A stretch of 40,795 nucleotides of DNA from Octopus bimaculoides (GCF_001194135.2 NC_068984.1:26198712-26239506), one strand, 5' to 3'. Counted from the first letter of the stretch, positions 21,711 through 33,073 are shown. Numbers and translations: made by a program. The notes: generated by a model not told the origin, from the sequence alone.

Positions 21711-22354
21711 AAGCTGTTTATAAAAGGAAGTATATTAATTCAGTTGTTGCACCTCACTTGGGCACACTTGAATCAATTCTTATGATAATGATTTGTGACA
21801 AACTTAAATGGACTAAACTTTCACAAATGAGTTGTCATGTAATTAGGATCAAAGTGTCTAGATTGAAAGGCAAAGCGAGTGGAGTCTCTAGTCACCGGCT
21901 GAACTACATTATTCTGGTACCTGTGCAATGAGTATGAGCAGATAATCAAACACTTTGATCTCTCTGTCTCGCTCTTTCTCTCCTTTAACTCTCTCAGACT
22001 GTCTGTCTGCCTGTCTATCAGTCTGTCTGTCTGTCAGCCTGTCTATCAAAATCTGTTTTTGTGTCCGTCTGTCTGTCAGTCTGTCTGTCTGTTTCTCCCG
22101 CATCTCTTTCTGTTGAAGACCTTCAGTTATTCACCTGCTGTCTCTGAATTTCAACAACCAGTAATTGTTTCTCGTACATCTATTCCAGCTTGCTTCTTCC
22201 TCTTTCTGAAATCAGCAACTCTAGTGACTTCAGATCGCAAATTCTCAAACCAAAGACACATCATTTACCTAGCCCCATTCTCTTTATATAAACTAAACGA
22301 GAAATGCTTTGACGTCGCCATTTTCTTCTGACGAATAATGTTAATGGACCGCAT

Positions 22355-22467
22355 TATTTCACGTTGCCTTCCTTTTTTCTATTTTTGACGATATGATACG
22401 ATTTCAGTTAACTCTAATGCTGTTTCTTGCAGGTTAAGCGACAACGTAGAGGTTCCTGAGTTGGCTC
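22355..22467 (-). mobile_element. Family D repeat, 5' half
   Basis: gctgtttcttgcaggttaagcgacaacgtagaggttcctgagttggctc; same end as the copy at 1711-1718. Confidence 0.6.
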
Positions 22468-23020
22468 AGCAACATTTTGGCGAGCAATATAGAGAAAAAG
22501 AGTCATGCTTCCTCTCAGTTGAGACAATGCTTAAGTTTCAGACTACAGCTGAAACTAATTGTCTCTTCAATAACGATGATAATTTCTTTGTGTTGAGAAT
22601 AAACATCATTATCATCTATTTCTCTAACTCCTCTGACACTTAGCCAAAAATAAAACGGTTATTTTCCATGCAAGCTAAAGTTTGAAAGCTAAGCAAAATA
22701 TCCATATTTTGTTTTTAAAAAATATTAGTGGAATAAGAACTTACTAAAAATAGATCGAAAGCTTGAAGGAGGAGTCCTCGTGATGGATTATGAGCAAAAT
22801 ACACCGGAATTAGTATTAAAAGGAAGTAGGTTCATAGTCTACAGATTTGTGGTTAACACCCTGTTGATGTTGACTTCCTCTTTGATTATTCCTGGCAATC
22901 AACAGACAAATTGTAAGATCAACTACAGGAAATGAATGATTGGAGTAGAGGTTGTTGACCTGTTTCGATGTCTGAGATAAGAATTCGGTGGTTTAGGGTT
23001 TAGTTTTAATCATCCTACAT

Positions 23021-23128
23021 TTGATTCCAGATAAACCAATTCAGTTTACTTGTATATTGATTCCAGATAAACCAATTCAGTTTACTTGTATATTGATTCC
23101 AGATAAACCAATTCAGTTTATTTGTATA
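23021..23128. repeat. 36-bp tandem repeat x3
   Basis: ttgattccagataaaccaattcagtttacttgtata twice, then a third unit with one substitution. No spacers. Confidence 0.97.
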
Positions 23129-23205
23129 TTTTCCAAGAAGGTTAGGAACAATGTAATTCTCACCGACTTCATGATATATAGTCTGAAGTAATATCTTTTC
23201 TATAT

Positions 23206-23330
23206 GCACAAGGAACAGAATTTGGGGACTAGTCGATTACATCGACCCCAGTACACGACTGGTATTTGTTTTATCAACCCCTAAGGGGTAAAAGGCTTGG
23301 TCGACCTCGGCAGAATTTGAATTCGGAAAG
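23206..23330 (-). mobile_element. Family B SINE, partial
   Basis: ctagtcgattacatcgaccccagt...ggtcgacctcggcagaatttgaattc. Confidence 0.85.
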
Positions 23331-23449
23331 AAATGCGCGCGCACACACGCACGCGCACGCATGCACACACACACACACATATACATATACAAGCATGCAT
23401 ACATACATGCACACATTCACACACAAACAGATGCACACACACACACACA

Positions 23450-23520
<71 letters not shown>

Positions 23521-23630
23521 GCATACACACACAGTATGATTCTTCAATCGGCTGAATGTATAGCGTTCGTCATTGAACTGCTGTGTGGATGAAGGTATTT
23601 TCTTCATTTATCATTAATGAATAAAGAAAA

Positions 23631-23862
23631 GCGGCGAGCTGGCAGAAACGTTAGCACGTCGGGCGAAATGCTTAGCGGTATTTCGTCTGTCGTTACGTTC
23701 TGAGTTCAAATTCCTCCGAGGTCGACTTTGCCTTTCATCCTTTCGGGGTCGATAAAATATGTACCAGTTACGCACTGGGGTCAATATAATCGACTTAATC
23801 CCTTTGTCTGTCCTTGTTTGTCTCCTCTATGTTTAGTCCCTTGTGGGAAATAAAGAAATAAG
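23631..23862 (+). mobile_element. Family B SINE, alternative-tail variant (B2)
   Basis: Full head gcggcgagctggcagaaacgttagc. Tail ttgtctgtccttgtttgtctcctctatgtttagtcccttgtgggaaataaagaaataag. aataaagaaa at 23620-23629 and 23849-23858. Confidence 0.92.
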
Positions 23863-23864
23863 AT

Positions 23865-24052
23865 TTGTTAGCACGCCGTGCGAAATACTTAGTGGCATTT
23901 ACGTTCAGAATTCAAATTCCGCCGAGGTCGACTTTGCCTTTCATCCTTTCGAGGTTGATAAAATAAGTACCAGATGAGCACTCAGGTCGATCAAACCGAC
24001 TTATCCCTTCCTCAAAATTTCTGCTCTTGTGGCAAAATTTGAAACCATCATT
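23865..24052 (+). mobile_element. Family B SINE (B1 tail), directly behind the B2 copy
   Basis: Same head and core as B2; tail cccttcctcaaaatttctgctcttgtggcaaaatttgaaaccatcatt. Confidence 0.88.
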
Positions 24053-24327
24053 AATGGGCAAGGAGGATAACTTTCGGCATCTCTTTCCCCTCCTGTTCTT
24101 TCTATGTTTCCTTATCATCTTTTCTTTAGTATATTTTATTCATTATATTTAAATGAGGTGTGGTGTGGGGGTAGTTGTTATGTCATCTTCAAATTTGAGG
24201 GGCACATTATGACGCGCACATACATGTGTATATACATATCTGTCTGCCTGTCTGTCTGTCTCTTTATCTATCCATCTCCCTCTCTCTTTTGCTCTCTCCC
24301 TCTGTGTGTATGTTGTATGTATGTGTA

Positions 24328-24430
24328 TACAACGGGCTTCTGCACAATTTCTCTCTACCAAATTCCACTCAGCATTGTTCATCCCGAAGTTGCAGTGGGA
24401 GACACTCAAGTTGTTCGCAGGAAACCCGTA
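24328..24430 (-). mobile_element. Family A SINE 5' half, very degenerate
   Basis: acaacgggcttctg...ctaccaaattccactca resembles the reverse complement of the A body. Confidence 0.55.
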
Positions 24431-24461
24431 ACCAACGATTCTATTGTTCCCAAATTGAAAT

Positions 24462-24493
<32 letters not shown>

Positions 24494-24948
24494 NNNNNNN
24501 NNNNNNNNNNNNNNNNNNNNNNNNNNNNNNNNNNNNNNNNNNNNNNNNNNNNNNNNNNNNNNNNNNNNNNNNNNNNNNNNNNNNNNNNNNNNNNNNNNNN
24601 NNNNNNNNNNNNNNNNNNNNNNNNNNNNNNNNNNNNNNNNNNNNNNNNNNNNNNNNNNNNNNNNNNNNNNNNNNNNNNNNNNNNNNNNNNNNNNNNNNNN
24701 NNNNNNNNNNNNNNNNNNNNNNNNNNNNNNNNNNNNNNNNNNNNNNNNNNNNNNNNNNNNNNNNNNNNNNNNNNNNNNNNNNNNNNNNNNNNNNNNNNNN
24801 NNNNNNNNNNNNNNNNNNNNNNNNNNNNNNNNNNNNNNNNNNNNNNNNNNNNNNNNNNNNNNNNNNNNNNNNNNNNNNNNNNNNNNNNNNNNNNNNNNNN
24901 NNNNNNNNNNNNNNNNNNNNNNNNNNNNNNNNNNNNNNNNNNNNNNNN

Positions 24949-25345
24949 CAGGAGTGGCTGTGTGGTAAGTAGCTTGCTTACCAACCACATGGGTCCGGGT
25001 TCAGTCCCACTGCGTGGCATCTTGGGAAAGTGTCTTCTACTATAGCCTCGGGCCGACCAAAGCCTTGTGAGTGGATTTGGTAGACGGAAACTGAAAGAAG
25101 CCCGTCGTATATATGTATATGTATGTGTGTGTGTGTATGTTTGTGTGTCTGTGTCCCCCAACATCGCTTGACAACCGATGGTGGTGTGTTTAGGTCCCCG
25201 TAACCTAGAGATTCAGCAAAAGAGACCGATAGAATAAGTACTAGGCATCCAAAGAATAAGTCCCGGGTTCGATTTGCTCGACTAAAGGCGGTGCTCCAGC
25301 ATGGCCGCAGTCAAATGACCGAAACAAGTAAAAAGAGTAAAGAGA
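24949..25345 (+). mobile_element. Family A SINE (younger subfamily), full length
   Basis: Runs from caggagtggctgtgtggtaagtagc to gcagtcaaatgaccgaaacaagtaaaaagag. Confidence 0.94.
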
Positions 25346-26794
25346 GAGAGAGAGTAAATACATCAGTTCTAAGATCGTTAGAAATCAATATTTACTTTAT
25401 GTTAGCAGCGGAATGCTTCGATCCAATGACTTGCCCCTGATAATCTGAAAGAAGGCGAACTATTCAAGAATACTGCAATAACCCTAAGAATATTTGGCTC
25501 TTTTTGGAATCGTAGAAGCAATTTTAGTCTCATTACCCGAATTAATATACACGGCAAAAGGAACAGAAAAGAAAAACTATAATAGTTTCTCTATCCACAT
25601 GGGTTTAAATATGGCGTTTAGGGTGGAATAAGCAAGTTTTCATCACACTCTCGGATGGTCTGTAGTGACATATATGTTTAACACATCTAAATGCGTCCCT
25701 CCCCACATACAACATGGGGCTAATATAGACTTGTGTATATTTCAGTTGTGTTTTGTATATATCAGTTTTGTATATATCATTTGGCTTTTGTATATATCAT
25801 TTCAGACAAGTGTCTTAGAGTAGAAGCCAGCTTCCAATGATCCTAGTGGTCTGCTATTCGGTTTTCGATTCCCAGCTGGAATAATTTCTTTTAATTGTAC
25901 CACTGTTGCTCTTGAGAAATGCATAAATTCCACATAATCTAATTTCCACTTCCCTATTGATCTGAAGCTTTGTAGCGTTCATACACATAATTTTTCTCGT
26001 CTGGCCGTAAAGCCTTTTCTGTTTGTTTTCCTGTCTTGTTTTTTGTCCGCCACTACATTCCTCCATGGCTAGATTTAATTTGCGTATACAAATTTAATCT
26101 GCGGTCCATGGGATGAGCCGTTTTAACGATGCGTCCTGCTCGAAGCTCGTCGAAACGNNNNNNNNNNNNNNNNNNNNNNNNNNNNNNNNNNNNNNNNNNN
26201 NNNNNNNNNNNNNNNNNNNNNNNNNNNNNNNNNNNNNNNNNNNNNNNNNNNNNNNNNNNNNNNNNNNNNNNNNNNNNNNNNNNNNNNNNNNNNNNNNNNN
26301 NNNNNNNNNNNNNNNNNNNNNNNNNNNNNNNNNNNNNNNNNNNNNNNNNNNNNNNNNNNNNNNNNNNNNNNNNNNNNNNNNNNNNNNNNNNNNNNNNNNN
26401 NNNNNNNNNNNNNNNNNNNNNNNNNNNNNNNNNNNNNNNNNNNNNNNNNNNNNNNNNNNNNNNNNNNNNNNNNNNNNNNNNNNNNNNNNNNNNNNNNNNN
26501 NNNNNNNNNNNNNNNNNNNNNNNNNNNNNNNNNNNNNNNNNNNNNNNNNNNNNNNNNNNNNNNNNNNNNNNNNNNNNNNNNNNNNNNNNNNNNNNNNNNN
26601 NNNNNNNNNNNNNNNNNNNNNNNNNNNNNNNNNNNNNNNNNNNNNNNNNNNNNNNNNNNNNNNNNNNNNNNNNNNNNNNNNNNNNNNNNNNNNNNNNNNN
26701 NNNNNNNNNNNNNNNNNNNNNNNNNNNNNNNNNNNNNNNNNNNNNNNNNNNNNNNNNNNNNNNNNNNNNNNNNNNNNNNNNNNNNNNNNNNNNN

Positions 26795-26911
26795 CGCCAA
26801 ATCCACTCACAAGGCTCTGGTCAGCCCGGGGCTATAGTAGAAGACACTTGCCTAAGGAGCGAAGCATGTGGTTAGGAAGCAAGCTTCTTATCACACAGCC
26901 GCGACTGCGCC
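26795..26911 (-). mobile_element. Family A SINE 5' half (older subfamily)
   Basis: Reverse complement ggcgcagtcgcggctgtgtgataagaagcttgcttcc...gtgagtggatttggcg; runs into a gap. Confidence 0.85.
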
Positions 26912-26967
26912 CCCCCCCCCACACTCAGACAGACAGACAGACACACACAGACACACACACATATGAA

Positions 26968-27179
26968 TGTGTGTGTATGTCTTTGTGTCTGCATTTGCCC
27001 GCTCCTACCGCTTAACAGCCGGTACTGGTGTGTTTACGTCCCTGTAATCTAGCAGTTCGGCAATAAAGAACGACAGAATGAGTACTAGGCTTAAAAGTAA
27101 GTCCTGGGGTCGATTGTCCAACTAAAACCCTTCAGTCTGGTCACAATCAAATGACTGAAACAAGTAAAGAAATAAAAGA

Positions 27180-27181
<2 letters not shown>
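26968..27181 (+). mobile_element. Family A SINE 3' half (older subfamily)
   Basis: ctggtgtgtttacgtccc...ctggggtcgattgtccaactaaaacccttc...aaatgactgaaacaagtaaag. Confidence 0.85.
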
Positions 27182-27214
<33 letters not shown>

Positions 27215-27410
27215 ATAAAGCGTTTATTGTATTACTTAGCTATTCCGGTTTTATCAGACAAACCTTACAGTAACCGTAGTAGGAAAAAAATATCAACGGA
27301 GATCTAGNNNNNNNNNNTTATGCAACCGTCTAAAGGATAAATGTATCCGTAGGCACTACTGTTGTATTACCTATGTATAGGCCTTGCTATAGGGTCACAA
27401 ACACACATAT

Positions 27411-27412
<2 letters not shown>

Positions 27413-27459
<47 letters not shown>

Positions 27460-27461
27460 CA
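27413..27461. repeat. (GCAC)n microsatellite
   Basis: About 12 units. Confidence 0.96.
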
Positions 27462-27984
27462 TTCGACTACGATGTTCAATGTTACCCTCCTTTTTGAAGG
27501 CGATGGAGTGTGATTTGAAGAAGATTTAGCTTCTATGTATATCAGATCATGCGGCGATATTTTCGTACAGACTTTTGCTTCTTTCCGTATATATGCGTTA
27601 CGATTTAGTATTGGCCCGTACGATCTAGTATTCTTTGTTTATAATTAGTCTTGATGGACCGTTGCTCCTGTTTGGGCTTAGCTGTAGTGGTTGAGATACA
27701 CCAAAGACCTACAAGCACTTTGAATTTAAACGTGTGTGACATGCTAATATTAAGTTATATATGTCATATGGAATAATATATAATATGCGAACATAAATGC
27801 ATAGCTAAATGATATATTTTTATGACATGTACAGTGTAACATGAATATGACATGTAAAGGAGATTTATTACACAGCGTAAACATTTATTATATGAAATAC
27901 TAAAAAAAAAAAAATAAACAGAATCTGGCTTTGGTTTATATCATAAGTTCAAGTAATAATATATATACGCAAAGTATTCCAAGT

Positions 27985-28297
27985 AGGTGGAGCAAAAGCA
28001 AATGGGCGGGAAGATTGTATAGGTAGACAAAAGTTGGTGGTACAGTTGGGAGGAGCTAAACTAAGTGAGAGCTGACACAGCGCCTTTGAGTGGGAGGAGT
28101 TATATGCGTTAGCGTACATAGGTGGAGCTAAATAAAGAAATAAGAGTTGGCTATTGTATGGAAGGAGGAGCTAATAGTAATATATTACATATGATGTGTC
28201 TGTATGCGTGTGTATGTGTGGGTGTGTGTAAATAAAAGGGGAAGAGCTAAAAGTGCTATAACATGTACGATGAACTATAATAGGGGAGGATACAGGT
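27985..28297 (+). promoter_or_regulatory. Candidate cis-regulatory cluster of same-strand GG(A/T)GGAG(C/T)TA boxes
   Basis: Boxes at 27985, 28048, 28092, 28120, 28163 and 28239, a GGGCGGG at 28004, and CAG|GTAAAG at 28293-28301. Function is inferred only. Confidence 0.3.
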
Positions 28298-28470
28298 AAA
28301 GTTTTTCTAAAAAGAAAACTGATGTAATATTTACATGTTAGCGGGAGTTGCTTTGAATGGATTAAATTAAATCCAACGTTGCGTTGTTGCTGCTACTGTC
28401 AATCTTGATTGCTTAGTCCTGTGATCAACAGCGTTCTAGCTATAACCATGACGTCTTCATTTATTTGTAG

Positions 28471-28697
28471 GTTAGCGATCTGGCAGAGTCGTTAGTGCGC
28501 TGGACAAAATGCATAGTGGTGTTTATTTAGGAACTCTACGTTATGAGTTCAAATCCCGCCGAGGTCGACATAGCCTTTCATCCTTTTGAGATCGATAATT
28601 TAAAGTACTGGTCAAGTACTGGACTCGATCGTAATTGCATTGCCCTCATCTCCCTCTAAAAATTGCAGGCCTTGTGACAAAGTTTGAAGCATCTATT
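28471..28697 (+). mobile_element. Family B SINE, full length, diverged
   Basis: ctggcagagtcgttag...gagttcaaatcccgccgaggtcgac...aaattgcaggccttgtg. Confidence 0.85.
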
Positions 28698-28870
28698 TAC
28701 TTATTTATTTTGTAGTCTCTATTTTATTAATGGATAAGGCCGGATGTGATTAAAGGGAAATTCGGGTGTGTTTTTTTTTCTAGCAGACCAATCGATTACG
28801 TAAATTTCCCTTGTTTAGCGCGTTCAATATTGTGGGTGTTGGAATGGTGTGTGGAGGGTCTGATCATATT

Positions 28871-29120
28871 ACTCTTACTCTTTTACTTGTTTCAGTCATT
28901 TGACTGCGGCCATGCTGGAGCACCGCCTTTTTTAGTCGAGTAAATCGACACCAGGACTTATTCTTTGGAAGCCTAGTACTTATTCTGTCGATCTCTTTTG
29001 CCGAACCGCTAAGTTACGGGGACGTAAACACACCAGCATCGGTTGTCAAGCGATGTTGAGGGGACAAACACAGACATACAAACATATACAAACACAGACA
29101 CACAAACATATACACACACA
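28871..29120 (-). mobile_element. Family A SINE 3' half (younger subfamily)
   Basis: ttttacttgtttcagtcatttgactgcggccatgctggagcaccgcc...gggacaaacacagac. Confidence 0.93.
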
Positions 29121-29262
29121 TAAATTAAGAAATAATTCCATTTTCAATCGATTCGGGTTTACCCAGTTCATTACCTTCATTCGAGAATGCATGAAATAAA
29201 TACAACCAATATCCAGTAGAAAAGATTGACCTTTCACTGATCCCTTCTTTTTATCAAAGTTC

Positions 29263-29696
29263 TTTTAGTCCCAGCTGAGTCATGGCTCAGCAGATCGATG
29301 ATGAAAGATCGATGATGAAAGGCGCTTGAGACATGATCTATTCTCTCATAATTTTGTGACACACTTAATGCGGATTTCATCATTAAAACGTGTTCTTCCC
29401 TTTTTTTTTTTTAAGACGGCAAAGGAGATTTAACTGCGTTTTCTAGCAAGTTTATTGATCACATACAGGCGTCTTCTTTGGGTTTCACAGTCACCTGATT
29501 GATAATGACTATAAAGAGAAAACCTGTATGGGTTATCGCTCAATCTGTTAAGAATAGCAGCTAAACCTCTTTCGAATTAAAGCTTACCATTTTTAAAATG
29601 GAAGGACAATTAATGTAGTCCTAATTTTATAATGCTCCTCCCTCCTCAAAAGAGGACTGGTGGTCATGGGAGGAACGCCTTTGATCGTAGGTCTGC
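29263..29696. mobile_element. Head-to-head inverted pair of family D repeats (~430-bp diverged palindrome)
   Basis: catacagg 29462-29469 pairs with cctgtatg 29523-29530; gagatttaactgc pairs with gcagctaaacctc; outer atgatgaaaggcg pairs with cgcctttgatcgt. Confidence 0.6.
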
Positions 29697-29867
29697 GTAA
29701 TGAAGAAAGTAGTCAAGTGAGAAAAGAAATGGCGTTGATTGTTGGTGGAGTAGAAAGGAGGTTGATAAAAAAGTTTATTGCCAGTAGGCATAATTGTTGA
29801 TTTCTTATATTTGTACTAGAGTGCCGGTTTATAAGTAAGGGTAGAGTCAATCATATCGAGCTCAGTA

Positions 29868-30015
29868 AGTGCAGGTTTGGCTGTGTGGTAAGAAGTTTGC
29901 TTCCCAACCAGATGGTTCCGGTACTGCGTGGCACCTTGGGCAAGTGTTTTCTACTCGGGCCAACCGAAATCTTGAGTGGATTTGGTAGACGGAAACTGAA
30001 AGAAGCACGTCGTAT
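29868..30015 (+). mobile_element. Family A SINE 5' half (older subfamily)
   Basis: ggctgtgtggtaagaagtttgcttcccaacc...gcgtggcaccttgggcaagtg...ggaaactgaaagaagc. Confidence 0.9.
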
Positions 30016-30039
30016 GCATACATACATACATACATACAT

Positions 30040-30121
<82 letters not shown>

Positions 30122-30123
30122 CG

Positions 30124-30342
30124 GCACTTCATCAGTTGTTTGTTTGTTTTTCCAGTCTCGTATTTCGAGCATTTAAGAACAATATACGCTTTCGATAAAA
30201 TAGTAGCTCCCGCAAAGCAAATTAAATAAAATTTGGGATTTTGCAGAGGATCAAAATAGGTAACACAAACAGGACAGTGAAAACAAACTGGAAGGGTTGC
30301 TAAACCTAAACGAGGTTGTGGTGGCGAACGCGTAAATCAAGC
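30124..30342 (-). mobile_element. Repeat fragment inserted after (TA)n 30043-30121, tentatively Penelope-like
   Basis: Shares its motif layout with 21598-21641; sharp boundary against the TA run. Confidence 0.4.
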
Positions 30343-30380
30343 TACTGTATATATGCACACACACACATATATTATATTAT

Positions 30381-30777
30381 GTGGCTGTGTGGTAAGTAGC
30401 TTGCTAACCAATCACATGGTTCCGGGTTCAGTCCCACTGCGTGGCACCTTGGGCAAGTGTCTTCTACTATAGCCACGGGCCGACCAAAGCCTTGTAAGTG
30501 GATTTGGTAGACGGAAACTGAAAGAAGCCTGTCGTATATATGTATATGAAAATATATGTGTATGTGTTTGTGTGTCTGTGTTTGTCCCCCCAACATCGCT
30601 TGACAACCGATGCTGGTGTGTTTACGTCCCCGTAACTTAACGGTTTGGCAACAAAGAACGCTAGAATAAGTACTAGGCTTACAAAGAATAAATCCTGGGG
30701 TCGATTTGCTCGACTAAAGGCAGTGCTCCAGCATGGCCACAGTCAAATGACTGAAACAAGTAAAAGAGTAAAAGAGT
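30381..30777 (+). mobile_element. Family A SINE (younger subfamily), full length; reference copy
   Basis: A box, B box, CORE-like ggcaccttgggcaagtgtctt, central TA/TG tract, tail cagtcaaatgactgaaacaagtaaaagagtaaaagagt. Confidence 0.95.
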
Positions 30778-30821
30778 AGATATTCATATATACATACATC
30801 TATACATACACACACATATAC

Positions 30822-30872
30822 ATGCTCCAACATGGCCGCAGTCTAATGACTCAAAGAAGTAAAAGATAAAAA
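30822..30872 (+). mobile_element. Isolated A-type 3' tail
   Basis: gctccaacatggccgcagtctaatgactcaaagaagtaaaagataaaa. Confidence 0.75.
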
Positions 30873-31065
30873 AAATACAGATAATACATCTTTATTACTT
30901 ATTTTATGAACCTGGGAAGAGATGAACAAACTCGGAGTGTCGTAAAAGAGTTAACTCCGGCATGGTTTAAACTCGGAGCGGAAGAGAAACAAAGGACATT
31001 TAATCCAGTACTCTACAATTTCTCTGAATCCACCATCTTGTATCGAAATTTATCGAAAAAAGCTA

Positions 31066-31125
31066 TTTATCATCCTGGAGGGATGGAAAGCAATATCTAT
31101 CTCTGAGGGATTCGACTGAAAGGAA
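31066..31125 (-). mobile_element. Family B core, very degenerate
   Basis: tttatcatcctggagggatggaaagcaat resembles the reverse-complemented B core. Confidence 0.45.
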
Positions 31126-31954
31126 AGAAACTAAATCCTTTAAAAGATATTGTCGGTTATTCAATTGACGTAGTCATCTCTATTCCCTCCTGTCACTGTT
31201 TGGATGGCAGCTTTCTTTTCGTAAATTGTTGGGTATCAATTTGTTGGTATGGGAAAGAGATACTGTCTACTTTTGCAGTCCCTCCTAGATTAATGCGATT
31301 GATGCTGCTGATGCTGCAGGAAAAATCATTGGCAGGGGAAGTAACCGAGAGTCTGATCTAAACACTTGTTACTTTGCTAAAGACATCTCAGAACCACGTC
31401 GTAGTTTTAAGCTGCGCAGTGTGTTTGTCCTCAGACTAGCAAACAAACGACCGAAGGTGCCTCCAAGTCATTTAACTCTCGAACGGCTCAGCCCACGTAA
31501 CTGTAAATAGACTCGTTAGATGCTAGAGCTGGATTCAACTCTTGTAAGCCTAGAGAAGACAAGGGGAAATTCCTAAGTACTCTTGTAGTTGAATGTCCGC
31601 GTTAAGACCAACTCTTTCGTGGTGCCCCACAACCAACACGGTTATGGTATTCTCTGGTTATGATACAATATCTTGAAATTTTCATTATTTGAGCGATTCA
31701 TAAAGGTTTCTTATGTTGACAGAAAAAGTGTTTTCAACAGAAAGTATGGAAGGGGCAGATTGTAAGGGTAATATATTTACAAACAGTAATAACCATACAA
31801 GTACAGTGTTATGCTTTTAGGACGGACCTGATAACGGCCACTATGTTTTATTTACAATCTAGTCCAAGTTGATTTTAGCTTTAATTTCTCAGTCTTCAAG
31901 GAAATACATATCAGGAAATCGTTGTTGATACAGCTTAATTCCAAGCTTATCCTA

Positions 31955-32030
31955 ATATATTTGAATTGTTTCAGTCATTGGATTACAGCCATACTTCTGT
32001 TTATAAATCTGGTACGTATTCTATCAGTCT
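31955..32030 (-). mobile_element. Family A 3' tail, degenerate
   Basis: ttgtttcagtcattggattacagccatact...tggtacgtattctatcagtctc. Confidence 0.65.
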
Positions 32031-32066
32031 CCTTCCTGAACTCAGCAAACCAAACTTGCTCGTTTA

Positions 32067-32121
<55 letters not shown>

Positions 32122-32161
32122 TATTTCTTTCTTTCTTCCTTTCTTTCTTTCTTTCTTTCTC
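32067..32161. repeat. (CTTT)n microsatellite
   Basis: Nearly pure run. Confidence 0.97.
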
Positions 32162-32347
32162 CTACAAATACTCCTAGCTTTCTCTCTTACAATTTCAGTT
32201 GTTGTTTGAGGGAGATTTGACTGCTGCTTCTAGTACAGTATGTAGCTGTGTTTATTTGCTCATGATCGCGTTTTCATCTAAGCTGAAGCGTAAAATTCTC
32301 TCTTTCCTTTCTTTGCTCTCTCTCTCTCACTATCTTTCCTTCTTTAG

Positions 32348-32378
<31 letters not shown>

Positions 32379-32847
32379 GCACTTTCATTTCATTTCTCTC
32401 TCAGTCTGCCTCACAACCGTGCACCTCATATACAACCATGCACATACACACATACACACGGCTAACCACATGCGTTCACACCAGAACACATGCGCACATG
32501 TATACGTACATGCGCACTCCTGTGTGTTTCCTTACACTTATAAATCTGCCCCTCCTCTCTACTTTGCCTTTTTATTCCGTTTTTCCTTTCTCTTTCCTCG
32601 ATTCTCCCTTACTCTCTGCATCTCTTTCACCTCTTTCTAGCCTTCATTCATTCCCTGTCTCCATTTTAGTTTGGTAAACCCGTCATTTTTAGAACTAATC
32701 TATTTTCAATATGTCCAGGGTTCGTCTATAGGTCAGACGTAGAGGAAATACCCGAGAAAATAAAGAAAACAAATAAATGGAAATAAAAATAAATAATTAC
32801 AGCCAACTACAAACAACAACAACAACAACAAAAACAACAACAACAAC

Positions 32848-33073
32848 AATAATAATAATAATCCTTTCTATATTGAGCGCAAAGCCCGCAATTTTGTGGT
32901 GGGGAAAGGCTAGTCGATTACATCGACCCCAGTGCTCAACTGGTACTTATTTAACGACCCTGAAGGGATGAAAAGCAAAGTCGATCTCGCGGAATTTGAA
33001 TTTAGAACGTAAAGACGGACGAAATGCCGCTAAGTGTTTTGTCCGACGTGCTAACAATCCTGCCAGCTCTCCC
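32848..33073 (-). mobile_element. Family B SINE, full length; its (ATT)n tail abuts a (CAA)n run at 32810-32848
   Basis: Reverse complement starts ggagagctggcaggattgttagcacgtcgg and ends agaaaggattattattatt. Confidence 0.92.

Noticed and set aside
23021-23128. 36-bp repeat x3 as a CRISPR array or 12-aa protein repeat
   Set aside because: Units are contiguous with no spacers, there are no cas genes, the context is eukaryotic, and the surrounding ORF is unrecognisable.
26095-26157. CpG-rich stretch before a gap
   Set aside because: Too short and cut off by Ns to interpret.
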